Source: Octopus sinensis (Eukaryota). From it: a stretch of DNA of 41,436 nucleotides. The notes under the pieces were generated by a model that saw only the letters and a list, made by a program, of their open reading frames with translations, ran no database searches and was not told the origin of the DNA. This document shows positions 11,775 to 25,068 of this stretch, piece by piece (position 1 is the first letter of the stretch; each line of letters starts with the position of its first letter). The translations under genes were made by a program, and so were the position numbers. The stretch is taken from the NCBI RefSeq assembly GCF_006345805.1, contig NW_021835244.1:1-41436 (forward strand). Reading direction: 5' to 3'.

Positions 11775-13705
11775 TACTTGTATGTTTTGTATGTATGTAT
11801 ATGTGAAAATTCTTGTTTTACATTGTGTACGTTTTCTCATGCGTATAGTTGCATATATAGACACGCTCAAATATATTTAAATGATAAACTTCTGGAAAGT
11901 CTTACCGAATTTTGCAGTTCCAGTGAGAAATTGGATCTGTAATCTTTGAATTAGCTTTACGTTTCTGGTATTGACAAGCTCAAATTTCTCAAAATTGGTA
12001 TTTAGGTAGTGTTACATATCCCAGTGCGCTAGTAATTACAGGTACAAACCTGAACTTGTAATCTGCATAGGGTATCGTCAGATTTCTCAATAGTTCAGTG
12101 TAGGTATTCCCTTTTTCACTGATCTTCAGCTTAATGTTAACATCCGCTGGGCAGCAGATTTCCACAACTGTACACAGTTTCTCTTCTCAATCCCAAATCC
12201 TTATATATTTCTTTACTATTTTATATATTTCCTGTCTGTTGTGCTTACACTTTATTGAGGTCTGCATGGGACATTCCACCAGTATTCCTTTTTATTATGA
12301 GTGGATATGGCTTCTACCATAATGTGGGTCCTTATTTCTTCGTCCTCTTTTTTTTTATCCCTTGCATATTCTTTGCATAAAGTTTCATGTCATCCACAAA
12401 GAAACAGTGTGTAATTTTGGTGTTTCTGTTTCCGTGTGAACCAGTGAGATATCTTTTAGACTTCAATAACATGAATGACAAAGGGTTTACAGAAAGTATA
12501 AACACTATCACAGAGAGGCTGTTGCCTTCGAATAGCCTTTGCGACATTGTATTCTATCAGTGATTATACAGTCACTCTTTGCGTTTAATTTCAATATGGT
12601 GGTCTACGATGAAGTCAGGTCAACTATGGTTTTGACCATGCTCACTGGAACTTCAGCAAGTTGAGGGACTTCTAGCATCCATGTGTAGAGAACATAGTCA
12701 AAGGCTTTCTTGTAGTCTAGCTACATTGAAACGAGGTTCATCCTACGTTCTCGCACCTGACATCACACCTTTGTTGATTAACAATTATTCGCCATTGCCC
12801 CAAACTCCCTTCTTCACAGCTGCTTGTTCTGCTGTGAATATGTCATTAGTTTCACAATGGTCCTGGAGGAAGAGTTTTAAACATGTTGTATATATCTTAT
12901 ACATTAAGTTCTGGCATGCAATTGGACGGTAGTTTTGTTTGCTATGTGGATGGTTCTGCATTTGGGGATCAACTTTGTCTCTGTCAGAGCTAACCAGGGT
13001 GGTATGCTACCGTTCCCAATGAGAGTTTGCTGGTAAAGTTCGATAAGATATGGTCGGTAGAATGTTAGCTTCTTGTACCAATATCCAGCAAGTAAGTCTC
13101 TTCCAGATGTTTTTCCATCTTGGAGTTTCTGGATCACAGTTGCAAGGGTTTCACCATCAATGTTGTATGTCTTGGATGTAATGCAGGAGCAATGACTTTT
13201 TCGGATTTCTTCTAGCCATGGAACATCTTGGTTAAATTCCTTCTCTTCACTCCAGATTTTCCTCCACAAGGAGTCTATGTCTCCTAATGAAGGAGCTTCT
13301 GTAATGTTCACTGCTCTTCCTCCTCCTCTCATGTCTGTCTACTGCTGCCTGGTTCCAGTTGAATTTTTATTGTTCTTCTCTCGGTTATTCTCTTCTGATG
13401 TCGAAGTTAATTCACTGACAACTTTTAGCTCTTGCTTCAGGATAATCAGTTTGTAAGTGAAAGTTCTCTTTTTGCTGTCTCCAAACATCATTTCTATCAC
13501 TTTTACTTTCTGTTGCTGGGACGCATAAGGAATTGTTTGTTTGCACGCAATAAGCATCATTACATGACTTTTGGTCTTCCGTAAAGCAGTTATGTTCTTC
13601 TCTGTCTTCAAAGCCCATGGTGGTACTTCCTTTGTTGCTTCGGTTTTGTTTACCTTCTGAATGTCATTCATGTCCTGCTTTGCAGTAGTAACCAGAGTAT
13701 ATAGA
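11775..13705 (-). mobile_element. Degenerate, internally deleted RLE non-LTR retrotransposon (family C, (CATA)n-associated)
   Basis: PPWALK..., WRKIWS, GRDLLAGYWYKKL, RT THCFFVDDMKLYAK, RLE EEKLCTVVEICCPADVNIKLKISEK; 5' end abuts (CATA)n on the element strand. Confidence 0.88.
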
Positions 13706-13711
13706 ATGGCG

Positions 13712-13921
13712 TGTGTGTGTATGTATGTATGTATGTATGTATGTATGTATGTATGTATGTATGTATGTATGTATGTATGTATAAATATATGTACGTATGT
13801 ATGTATGTATGTATGTATGTATAAATATATGTACGTATGTATGTATGTATGTATCTATCTATCTATCCATCCATCTATCTATCTACCTGTCTGTCTGCCT
13901 GCCTGCATATCTATCTATCTT

Positions 13922-13984
<63 letters not shown>

Positions 13985-14064
13985 GTCTGTCTGTCTGTCT
14001 GCCTGTCTATCTATCTATTTGTCTGTCTTCCTGTCTGTCTGTCTGTCTGTCTGTTATCTCTCTC

Positions 14065-14105
<41 letters not shown>

Positions 14106-14132
14106 ATATCTATCTATCTTTTTATCTATCTA
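13712..14132. repeat. Compound (TATG)n/(TATC)n/(TGTC)n microsatellite
   Basis: Direct reading. Confidence 0.95.
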
Positions 14133-14679
14133 ACGAATATCTCTTCCTCCCCCTTCTCCCTCTCTCTGTCTAATCTAACGAATTTATCTGACAAGTGAAT
14201 ATGTATAACGTTTCATTGATTTTTAGGCAACTTATTTGGTGTCAATTGTTGTCCATATATTAACCAGTATTTCAATATCTTCAGTTAACTACTCTTTCAC
14301 AAATCTACTATTTAAATGTTAATGATTTTTATTTCATGAGAAGACCTTCAATGTGTGTCTAATTGTAATATAACAGATTTGAATCGCAACCAGAACCATG
14401 GGGACGGTATATATATTATATCATGTCCGGAACGTAGCAGTTTCCTTATCACTTAATGTTGTTTGGAAGACTGCTAATGAAACGATTGTAGACATTAATT
14501 AGTTCTGTATCATATCTCTGTTCTCATTAGGGTAACTGGCATGTGGCAGTTTTATATATTGTAAAATGGATTTAATTTAACAGCGTTTCTTGAGTAAGTT
14601 TGTACTCTGAAATAATATATATCTCATATATAACTGACGTACTTTACGGTACTTTAGTTTAATACGTGATACTTTGCAG

Positions 14680-14739
14680 GTTTTCTAAAATTCAAATTAT
14701 ATACAACATTCAAATAGTATTTCCAACAACATTGAGCCT
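14680..14739 (+). CDS. Host gene exon A (60 nt, phase 2/2), LRR-like: FSKIQIIYNIQIVFPTTLS(L)
   Basis: tttgcag acceptor, ct|gtgagt donor, open frame; joins exon B in frame to give ...FPTTLS-L-DLRHNQI. Fit to the LRR consensus is imperfect. Confidence 0.55.
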
Positions 14740-14892
14740 GTGAGTGTATGGACTGATATTATAAAGGATATACAGGGTGTCCATAATCAACCCTTATAAT
14801 TTGAATGATTCAGGAAGAATAGAAATAAGGATAACTCAGCAAGTTGCATGCAACCAATGGAACCCACGTAGAAATGTTCTGATGTTTCTAAT

Positions 14893-15147
14893 AAAGAACC
14901 GCTAAGTTACGTAGACGTAAACAACCCAAGACCTGTTGACAAAAGTGTTGGGGGATAAACACAAAGGCAAATACACACACATATATACGACGGACTTCCA
15001 CACAGTTTCCGGTCGCAAATTTATTCAAAGGGCTTATTCGACCCAAGGTTGTAGTAGACGTCACTTACCCAAGGTGGCACACAGTGCTACTCAGGAATCC
15101 ATGTCTGTGACAAGCAATCGTTATACCACAGAGCCATACCTGTGCCT
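14893..15147 (-). mobile_element. tRNA-derived SINE (octopus-type), diverged
   Basis: Reverse complement begins ggcacaggtatggctctgtggta (A-box-like) and aligns with the + strand copy at 35820-35942. Confidence 0.75.
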
Positions 15148-15509
15148 ACATCGAAAATAATATTTCTATCATAGATGAGAATGTTGTATAGACCCCATGA
15201 TATGCACATAACAGAGTCTCGTTGTTGTGTCATTTTTATATTTTATCATCTTCCATCTTTTGTTGTTAGGGGTTTCACAAAAGATTTTCTCTTAGCTTAG
15301 GAAATCTGAATCAGATTGAAGGAACCTATTCCTGTTCAAACAACACTGCCATAAGAACAATTCAAAGAAATAAACAACTGAACTGTGAACATGAACATTT
15401 ATTCCGTTCGTGTTGAGTAAAGAGCATTTTAGACAGTACTGAACAAGAGAAAGCAGATTTATTTACTTTTATTTTAATGTGTATAATATTTGTCTTTCTT
15501 TTTTTTCAG

Positions 15510-15581
15510 AGATTTGAGACATAACCAAATAAAAAACTATGAAGATGGTGCTTTCTTATTCCTCCCCAGCATAAGTCGCAT
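15510..15581 (+). CDS. Host gene exon B (72 nt, phase 2/2), one leucine-rich repeat: DLRHNQIKNYEDGAFLFLPSISR(I)
   Basis: Long polypyrimidine tract + cag acceptor, at|gtaagt donor; classic 72-nt phase-2 LRR exon matching LxLxxNxIxxxxxxxFxxLxxL. Confidence 0.9.
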
Positions 15582-15875
15582 GTAAGTACAACGAATCTGC
15601 TTACTGGAAAATTAAGATCTTATAGAAGAGATCATCCGTTTCTCAGTTCTTTGTGAAAGACAGATGACAATAAATAACGATGAATTGCTTTTAATTTTAG
15701 TGATTCGAAATGGTTATTTCCGAGTATTGTGTTTTATCATTGTAAATCTATGTTCAGATAGCATGAGGGTTGATTTAGCCTAATTTCATCCATGTTTATA
15801 AATATACACAATAAACTGGAGATGATATAATGGCCCAGACACATACATGCATAAATGCTTGTGTATGGGTATGTA

Positions 15876-16414
15876 TTGGGTCATCCCATAAATAATGCAG
15901 CTTTTAAACTTTTATTTTTCAAAATTAAGATAAACAAAGTTCTTTTTTAATCTAAAAATATACTCTCCTTCATTTTCTATAACGCTCTCCCATCTATCTG
16001 GTAGACTTGCGAGGCCCATCTAAAATTCACTTGTCCGTGACAAAAATACCCCTCCAGTACTGTTCTGACCTCGTCTACAGAATTCATATGTTTTTCGGTC
16101 CAAATGATTTTGAAGACTGTGGAATAAATGATAATCAGATGAGGCAATGTCCGGTGAATAAGGTGGGTGGGGTGACGTTTCCCATTCAAACTGCTCCAGC
16201 CTTTGGAATTTCAATCTTCTTGTATGTGGCCGAGAATTATCCTGATGGAAGAATACCTTTCGTCTTGAAACCAAAGATGGTGATTCTTCTTCTAGCGCTG
16301 AATTAATCTACTCAAGCTGCTTGTAGTAGTTCTCCTTTGTTATCGTTTGGTTTCCGGTTTAAAATCTCAAAGAGGATAACAGCACTTTACGTGGGTGGAG
16401 ACCTCTTTAGCCTG
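15876..16414 (-). mobile_element. Mariner transposon 3' half
   Basis: TA + TIR ttgggtcatcccataaataatgc; FHQDNSRPH...HPPYSPDIASSDYHLF (DD34D-type YSPD motif). Confidence 0.92.
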
Positions 16415-17742
16415 TGATTTCGTGGTGAAACCTTAAAAGCCAAGGGTTTAGTGCGGAATAATATGACAAATGTATTTGAAACAGACTGGATGGAATTATT
16501 TAACTGATGGGACTTCACCATCATTTTGTTTTTGTAAAAAATGTGAATCGTTCTTCCGGAGGAATTAAGAAAAGAATTAAAGAACATTTTTCTTATGAAT
16601 TTGGTTTTTACACCAAACAAAGGCGAAGTTTCAAGTAAAAGAAAATTTTCTACCGGTATTTAAACCAAAAAGGACTGTACTTTTGTCAACGTCAAAACGA
16701 GTTAACGAAGAGTTGGATAGACTTGAAAAGCTTCGAGTTATTGAAAAACTTGACAACGCTGAATGGGTGTCCCCAACAGTTTATATCAAGAAAGAAGATC
16801 TGTGTATATGTTGAGTTTTCAACAGAGATAAACGAATATTTGATGCCATATAATTACCCCTTACCAAGTCCGGAAGAAATTTTCGCGAATCTGGAGGAAA
16901 AGTTTTTCGAAGTTGGACCTATCTGAAGCACAACTGCGGGTACAAGTTGATGAGAAATGTTCAAAATTACTAACGATAAATACCCATATAGGAGTGTATA
17001 AATTTAATCGACTTCCTTTTGGTATTAAGTTAGTACCAAGTAGGTTCCAGCAAGTTAGGGACACTATGCTCGCAGGTTCGGATTTCGCAATAGCGTATCC
17101 TGACAACATACTCAAAATAAGTGAATCTCGTGGTCAGCATGCTGAGCATGTTAAAAAGGTCTTCGAAAAAATAAAAGATTAAGTTTAGCGAAGAATACTG
17201 TGGATTTTTATGCCAAGAATAAAATATCTCGGGCAGGTTATAGATGAAAATAGACGTAGACCAGACCCGTCAAAGGCGAGTGCAATATAGAATATGCCTC
17301 CCCCGACAAACATTACAACGTTACAAGCATTGGGTGGGGCTCGCAAATTACTACCAGGTACACATAGCGTATATGCATGATTTGAGAGCACCGCTGATTA
17401 ACTTGTTAAAAGGACGTTAAGTGGAACTGGTCGGACAAATGCCAAAATGATTTTAAAGAAATTAAAAGCATCTTAACGTCAGAATTGTCTTTATCACGTT
17501 TTGACCCGAATTTAGAAATGGTAGTGGCATCAAATGCTAGTAAAATTTGGTATTTGAGCTGTAATTTTACACAAATATGAAGATGGTATCGTGAAAGCTG
17601 TAGCTCGTGTTTTGCGTTCCTTATTTCCGGCTGAGAAAAGTTAGAGTCAAATAGAGAAAGAAACATCAGCCATGAAATCTGCGGTAAAGAAGTTCCATGA
17701 ATTTATACATGGAAGATGATTCCGTCTGCAGATAGACCACTG
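16413..17742 (+). mobile_element. Gypsy (Mag-like) pol relic: protease end, RT, RNase H
   Basis: YPLPSPEEIFANL, LLTINTHIGVYKFNRLPFGIK, AIAYPDNIL (decayed YLDD), IKYLGQVID, SQIEKE. Confidence 0.9.
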
Positions 17743-18110
17743 CTCATTATTCTACTTTCTGGTTTTGTGAAGCCTAATCTCTCAAGATTAGTATTTAGGT
17801 AGTGTGTTACATATCCCAGGGTCCTAATAATTACAGGTATAAACCTGAACTTGTAATCTGGATAGAGTAACCGCAAATTTCTTAATAGTTTATCGTAGGT
17901 ATTTTCATTTTCGCAGATCTTCAGCTTTATGTTTATGTCCGCTGGGCAGCTGATTTCAACAACTCTGCACAATTTCTCTTCTCCATCCCAAATCACTATG
18001 TCAGGTTTGTTGTGTCTACATTTTATTGAGATTTTCACGGGGACATTACACCAGTACTCCTTTTTATTATGAGTGACTACGGCTTCCAGTATACTGTGAG
18101 TTTTATTTCT
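17743..18110 (-). mobile_element. RLE endonuclease fragment, family C
   Basis: HNKPDIVIWDGEEKLCRVVEISCPADINIKLKICENENTY; homologous to ~11960-12300. Confidence 0.88.
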
Positions 18111-18200
18111 TGTCGTCCGGATTATCCGCGGAGCGAATCTCATTATACAGTATCGAAACTAAAACATCATATCTTAGTGTGTGTGTGTGTGTGTGTTGTG

Positions 18201-18231
<31 letters not shown>

Positions 18232-18377
18232 TGTGTGTGTGTGTTTGTGTATGTGTGTGTGTGTATGTGTATGTAGTTACCTAAAAATCAGGAAAAAAAA
18301 GAAGCACTGGGGGTCTGTTATTAGGCAATAAAATTGGTATATTAGTATAGTTTATTTAATGTTATATCATAGACCAA

Positions 18378-18805
18378 GGCAGCGAACCGGCAGAACCGTT
18401 AGCATGCTGGCCAAAAAGAAATGGTCGCCGACGTTTTGTTCGTGTTTATGTTCTGAGTTCAAATTACGCCGAGGTCGACTTTACCTTTCATCATTTAGAG
18501 ATTGATAAATTAAGTACCAGTTGAGGAGAGGGGCCGCTATAACCGACTTACACGCTTTGCTGGACTTGCTGGCCTTGTGCTAAAATTGAAGACGACGAGC
18601 TTGCAGAATCGTTATCATGCTGGACAAAGTGCTTGGCGCTATTTCTTCCGTTTATACGCTCTGAGTTCAAATTCCGAGGCAATCTTTACTTTTCAGCCTT
18701 TCGGAGACGATAAGTTAATTACCAATCGTGTACTAAGGTGGATGTAATCGATAAGACCCCAGCCATAAATCTTCAGACATTGTGCTTGTAGTAGAAAGAA
18801 TATTA
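18378..18805 (+). mobile_element. Two tandem tRNA-derived SINEs (starting 18378 and ~18591)
   Basis: A-box-like tggcagaatcgttag and B-box-like gagttcaaattcc; core ctttcatcctttcg...gataaattaagtaccag; same family as 32303-32522. Confidence 0.8.
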
Positions 18806-19001
18806 TATTCTTGCGATAATCAAATTACCGAATGGTTTCATGGTGGAAATGCAGAGGCGAAAGCACCAATCATCAAACATGTCGGAATGGAAATGTTACG
18901 GATATTATTACTTTTGATAATTTGGTAATCATGTGAATATATCATAATAATAATTATTATTATTATACACGTGTGTGTGTGTGTGTGTGTTTGTGTATAA
19001 A

Positions 19002-19604
19002 CTGGGTCATCCTATAAATAATGCGTTCATGCAGTTGCATGAACTACCTGCATCAACTTGTTATAAAAGCAGGTAGTAGTTCTACCTTGAACATATTCTT
19101 AGTGTAAGTTTTGAAGCGTGCAGTTCGATTTTAACAGTTATATTTTCAAAGCTATAATGGAAGTGACAAAGGAACATATTCGGCTTATTTTGCTTCATGA
19201 GTTCAATAAAGGCAACAATGCAATGAAAAGTGCGAGGAATAAGTTTAACCAGTGTCAACAATGGCGCCAAAACTTCCGAGCCGGAATCTACAGCCTAGAA
19301 GACAAGCCTCAACCAGGAAGATCTGTAGAACTCGACGAGGACGTTCTGAAACATTCCTTCGTAACTGTTGAGGAACTGGCAGATAAGCTTGGATTTGATC
19401 ATTCAACCATTCTTCGACACCTGCGTGCCATCGGAAATGTCAGAGAATTGGGTCAATTGGTTTCCCTCAAACTTTCTGAGTTTAATTGCGCGGGAAGAAT
19501 GAATCTGTGATCTTCTTTCACGTCACGTCTCAAGAGTGAACCTTCTTTGAACCAAATAATGACTGGTGACGAGAAATGGGTTCTCTAGAAAAATGTCAAG
19601 CGCC
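19002..19604 (+). mobile_element. Mariner transposon 5' half
   Basis: TIR ctgggtcatcctataaataatgc; MEVTKEHIRLILLHEFNKG HTH region; MTGDEKWV; breaks after NVKRR. Confidence 0.92.
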
Positions 19605-20690
19605 GGAAGTCGATTAAATTTATACACTCCTATATGGGTATTTATCGTTAGTAATTTTGAACATTTCTCATCAACCTGTACCCGCAGGTGTGCCTCAGAT
19701 AGGTCCAACTTCGGAAAAATTTTCCTCCAAATATTCGTTTATCTCTGTTGAAAACTCAACATATACACAGACCTTTTTTCTTGATATAAACTGTTGGGGA
19801 CACCCATTCAGCGTTGTCAAGTTTTTCAATAACTCGAAGCTTTTCAAGTCTATCCAATTCTTCGTTAACTCGTTTTGACGTTGACAAAAGTACAGTCCTT
19901 TTTGGTTTAAATACCGGTAGAAAATTTTCTTTTACTTGAACCTTCGCCTTTGTTTGGTGCAAAAACCAAATTCATAGGAAAAATTTTCTTTAATTCTTTT
20001 CTTAATTCCTCCGGAAGAACCATTCACATTTTTTACAAAAACAAAATGATGGTGAAGTCTCATCAGTTAAATAATTCCATCCAGTCTGTTTCAAATACAT
20101 TTGTCATATTATTCCGCATTAAACCCTTGGCTTTTAAGGTTTCTCCACGAAATGTCACATCACTTATCATTTTGCCCTTCAAATGCAATTTTTTTCCTGA
20201 AACATCACGTGCAATTTTCTAACTTTCTTTCGACCTATGTTTTCCGATTTTCTCCACGTATCTGCGTTTAGTGTTGTGATATCTCGGCACGTATCCAATT
20301 GTAACTTGGCATTCCACATTATTCATTTTCAAGAACACAAATTTGCTTTTCTGAGCCTCGTTTAGATTGTTTTGTTAGCAATACTTTCTTCGAAGATTTT
20401 TATTCGTTCGAACTTTCTTTTCTCGCTCTGCGATGTGGGGTTTTATATCCGAATTTCCCAGACTCAAAATATTAAAAAGTTTTACAAGACCAGTTACACT
20501 TAAAATGTAAGCCTCCGCACCAATAGTATGGATTGAGTCGTAACATTTGTTTTGCTTTTTTCTTATCCGTTACAGGTCTACTCGCATGAATATGAGACCA
20601 GTCTTGTTCTACAGCTTTATCCGCATCATGTCTTAAATTTATAATGATCTGGAATTCCTCTACAACTGCCTCTATGTTATTAACCGAGCT
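19605..20690 (-). mobile_element. Gypsy (Mag-like) relic: gag knuckles, protease, RT start
   Basis: 19605-20159 is an inverted near-copy of 16413-17016; further upstream YWCGGLHF knuckle remnant and QLDTCRDIT protease-like motif. Confidence 0.88.
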
Positions 20691-22040
20691 TCTATGTTGT
20701 GTTTGGCATATTAGCTGAACAATGACGAGCCTTTTTTTCTCTTTGAGCTCTCGCCAGTATTCGCCTACTTGCTCCCCTATTGTGGGTGCTGTCTCCCCTT
20801 TGTAAGCTGTCTTGTTTCTGCACCGTCCTTCAATACTCCGTAAACTTTAGACTACATTCCTAATCTCACAGTTAACCTGTGCTTTCATACTATGCAATTG
20901 TTTCCCGTACATGTAGGGACCTACCGAAGGAGTAAGTTCTACAGATCAAGATTTTATATGGGTTTCCGGCCTTTCTACTACTTTTATCCATAGATTTTCC
21001 TTTTCTAAGATGGTATGCTTGTTCGCCATTTGGGTCAACATCAACGAAAATGACATTCTGTTATTTCTTGTTGTCATACCATGAGTTGGACTTATCTATG
21101 TTTTTCCTGGTTCATTTGCATCCCGTTTCCATCACTTTTTATGATGGCCTTGTACTTAGCCCTGGCTTCTTTGTACACTCTAATCCTGTTCTTTTGGTTG
21201 TAGCCAGTGACCTGTACGCAGTGGATGAAGTGTTCTATATGTCTTTCCAATTCACAAAGGTCTCAAATGCGTGACACATTCCTCATCACTCTCACCAAGT
21301 CCACTATTAGAATATGAAACTTGCGTTGTCTGCAGTAGCTTCCTTCTTGTGGTCCAAGTATTTAGAAGCCATAGGTTGGGCATAGTGGAAATGAAAGACC
21401 TGGACCTTACTATTCTTAGTTTCCAGCCAGTATTCCGCATCTAAATCCAGTAGCCTATATTTCGGGTGCGTGTTAGGGCTGTCTACTGTAACTTTATTTC
21501 ACTTTGGCCACTATGTCGATATCAACCACATAGGGGCAGCACATGGTTAGGGTTCTAGAGTTCCCTGCTAATCTCCCTTTGAGTCCCTATCCGACCATAA
21601 CATAAATAGGTTAGCCTCATCATCAGCGACACTCACACCGATGGCTACACCTTCCTCTTAGGCGTATATCTTGTTATTAAACTTGAATATGTGGCCCTTA
21701 ACTGTCACCCGGGGACTCGCTCGTACTCATCGCACGTGCAACCATCTCTTTTACACGATCATCATTTTGAGTGGTTGGTATAGCGCTGGTCCACCCGTTC
21801 CATCTCTCTCTCTAGGAGTCTTCTTGGCCACTGAGGTGATAGTAGGGGGTCAACCCTTTACCGATGTAGTGGGACAGAAACGACTAATGTCATATTCATC
21901 TAAGTAAGCCTTGTCAACTGTCAGTTTCAGGAAGGGGCCCAGTTCTTCTGTGTCAACATCAATGGATGGGTATAAGGATACTACATCCATACTGCTCATT
22001 ACACATCGCGCCAGGTCGTAGCTATGGTTGCAGTCACTGA
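20690..22040 (-). mobile_element. Degenerate Penelope-like element (Naiad-like), RT + GIY-YIG
   Basis: Manual translation: SMDVVSLYPSID, HIFKFNNKIY, GVAIGV, PYVVDI, HYAQPMAS, DLVRVMRNVS, SWYDNKK, VIFVD, YKGET; colinear with the ORF at 40287-41252. Confidence 0.85.
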
Positions 22041-23099
22041 TTCAGAAGACTGATTGAATTAATGAGAATTACGAAGGAAAGAAATTAACATCGTATTAAC
22101 AAAGGATGACATAGTAATTAAAACAAAATATTTTCTTGAAGGAATAAATAATTTAGAATTAAAATAATTGTAGCGTGGTTACGGTAACTTAAAAAGTAAA
22201 TTAATAAATAAATTAATAAGTAAATACTCGGTAATGGTTCGGCCAAAGTGTAAAGGGTTCAGAACATTCTCTTTTCTGAAGATTATTTTTGTTAAAAAAA
22301 TGAGTGACGAATGTGAGCGAATTATTTGAAAAGCCTATTATTTCAGATATACCTGCCTTAATTTCCAGATTTATTTAGGATGTTTATCAATTAAAGCTAT
22401 TATATCAGATATAACTGGTATTTTACTCAGCAATACCTTGCAGGTCAGCAAAAACTATCGACTTTGACCAAAATACCTAATGTGTTTGCCGGCTGTAGCT
22501 AGGAGGTCAGCTCTATCTAATAGTTGGTAATCTGTATGTTATAGATTAGCTACATATATCTTGTATATCATCTAAATCTAGTTTGTTACCTGTTTGGTAT
22601 ATCATGTAGTATATTACCTATACATGTCCACTATATATTGTATGTCATCTATATACTGCATTCCTATGTATACTCCCTGTAGTCTCTTTGACCGATACAT
22701 TTTATTGTATCATGTTTGTCTTACGTCTCCGAAGTATATCTAGAATGCTATCTAAAGAAGATATTCTCTCTTTCTCTCCATCCTATTTAATTGTACCTTA
22801 CCAATTCTGATACGCGGAATTCTGTAATATGTCCCCAAATAATTATATTCGTATATATTCGTTTGCGTTTATATGTGAAGAATAATTAAAGACCAAAAGA
22901 AAGAAATGTGAGCTTAGTTCATGCTGAACCTGAAATACAGTTTGATTCAAAGCAGAAAATATTTTCACTTCAACAAAGCCTATTGTAGCATTTAGACGGA
23001 ATAGAAATATAAGAGAACTATTAATCTCTACTTCTGACTCCAGGAAGTCTAACATTAGAGTATCTGCACGCCGTACTTTGAATAACAGCCGTAAGAGAT

Positions 23100-24112
23100 G
23101 TAAGCCCTGTTCATTGTTCTTGTCTTCCTGTCCATCTCCTTTAGTTTCTTCTCTCTCCACTTCACGATTCCAGCGCCATACCGAACTATTGCGACTGCGT
23201 GCGAGTTTATTGCCGAAATTTCTGGCATTTACCTTCGAAGCCAATATATTTCTCACTCGCCTCAGGTACTCTCTTTTCCTTCATGTCATTGTGTTTGATT
23301 CTATCTGCCTCAAGTATTTCCGGGTATTTATAGCTGGATCGAGGTTGAATTGCCCTCATCCTTTCACCACTTAGCAACCATATGCCTTGTCCTGAGAAGC
23401 TTTCCTCGTCTCATCACCGTCGTAGCACATCTTGAGACTCCAAACTCCATCTTAATTTCATTGGATAAAATCCGCACAGACTGGACTAGGCTGTCCAGTT
23501 CTGATTCAGTTTTTGTGAATAGCTTCAGGTCGTCCAGGAATAGCAAGTGGTTTAGTTTTCCCTTACCTTTTCCCAGATCATACCCCAACTTTGTCTTCTG
23601 TAGTATTTCAATCAAGGAAATCATTCTTAGCACGAAGATCAGTGGGGGCACTTTATCTCCCAGGAAGATTCCTCTTTTTGATTTTCGCCTCTCTTAATGC
23701 TTGATTCCATGCTGCCAATTTCGTTCACGAGTCCTTCATGCCATTCCATGTGAGGCTTCACATATTTTCTACTATTCCATACATTCCCATTGTTCTTATT
23801 ATCCAGGTGAGTGCTTTCATATCGTTTGCTTTAAGATTGACAACCAATAACATGTTCAGGTTTGTGTGTCGTTTCTTGCAGTTCCTGCTAATTAGATCAT
23901 CAATTAAGAGCTGATCCTTCGTTCCCCGACCCCTCCTTCGGCACCCTGTCTGTTCAATATCTAGCAGTCCACTTTTTTCAAGAATCTATACGGTTCACCG
24001 GCCAAAACACCTGACATTAGTTTCCACATTAGCAGAAGCCTGTTATTGGTCTAAAGTTGGATGCAACATTTCCCTTTTCAGGATCCTCGGCACATAACAA
24101 TATCTTTCCTTT
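23100..24112 (-). mobile_element. R4-type non-LTR RT fragment
   Basis: [51 protein letters not shown]. Confidence 0.85.
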
Positions 24113-24910
24113 TGTCATCCAGCTGGGTAATTGCATTCTTTCAATTTTGTTTCCATTTCTTGCCGAGTGTCTTTCCGACACCCAGGACAGAGAAATTCAC
24201 TATATACATTCGTAGACCATTTAAATAAACACACCGGATTACGAAGGGAAGTTATGGCATGGAAAGAAGGGAAAGAAGAAGCACAGAATTGGTGAGCCAA
24301 ATGGCTGTGCCATGCCATCATTATTGTTTAGAAAAAGCAGAAAATATTTAATGATATTTCGAAAAATAAACCTTTATCATTTTATTTTCTCCTTGCTAAT
24401 TATGAGCATTCACGTGCATGTCTGCCATAGAAACTAAAAAAGAATACATCTCTGTACTTCTTCAGTTTCTGCAGTGGTACATCTCCAACCTTAAAGACAG
24501 CTGGTGCGTAGAACAATCACAACGTTCCTAGTGCCACAACGTCCCGTCAAAATATATTTTACTCAGAAACAATGGCCAGGTTGTTATTACCAAACCTCCG
24601 ACACCAAAACAGCCCTAAACCACCATAAAATGGAATCATTTCAAGTGGCTAATAGTCTTCTCGCTTAAAGGCACTTTATTATTCAACAATGTTAGCTAAA
24701 AGAGAACAGGAACTTTATATGGTTCCACTTTCCAGTAAAAACCATTTCACATTATTGATGCTATCAGCATCTTTTGGAAAAAATAAACCTGAATGTCATA
24801 ACTTTAATAAGCTTGCTCAAATTTTATAAACCTTGTTTCTTCTTAAATCAAACAGAAGTTTCTCTTTTGATCTGAAGCGTATTCAGTTAGAGTTCTCTTT
24901 ATAATTACAG

Positions 24911-25068
24911 CTACCTCAAAGGCAATAAGGATTTGATGTGTGGATGTCACCTGCCAGCCTTGGTGAAATATATGAGAAATAACTATAACAGAACTGTGAA
25001 TGTCAGTGGCGAGTGTCAGTCAGATCTCGGCAAAAGAATACCAATACCGAAATATTCGCAATGTACAA
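24911..25068 (+). CDS. Host gene exon C (158 nt, phase 2/1), last LRR strand + LRRCT cap: YLKGNKDLMCGCHLPALVKYMRNNYNRTVNVSGECQSDLGKRIPIPKYSQCT
   Basis: ttacag acceptor, a|gttagt donor; GN...CxC...C...C LRRCT cysteine pattern; phases match exons B and D. Confidence 0.9.

Noticed and set aside
14377-14406. Possible 30-nt phase-2 micro-exon (FESQPEPWGR) upstream of exon A
   Set aside because: Weak polypyrimidine tract and donor (gtatat), no LRR similarity; needs RNA data.
22330-22530. Possible additional host exon after tttcag/ttccag/atcag acceptors
   Set aside because: No frame gives an LRR-like peptide with a good donor; exons B and C already join sensibly.
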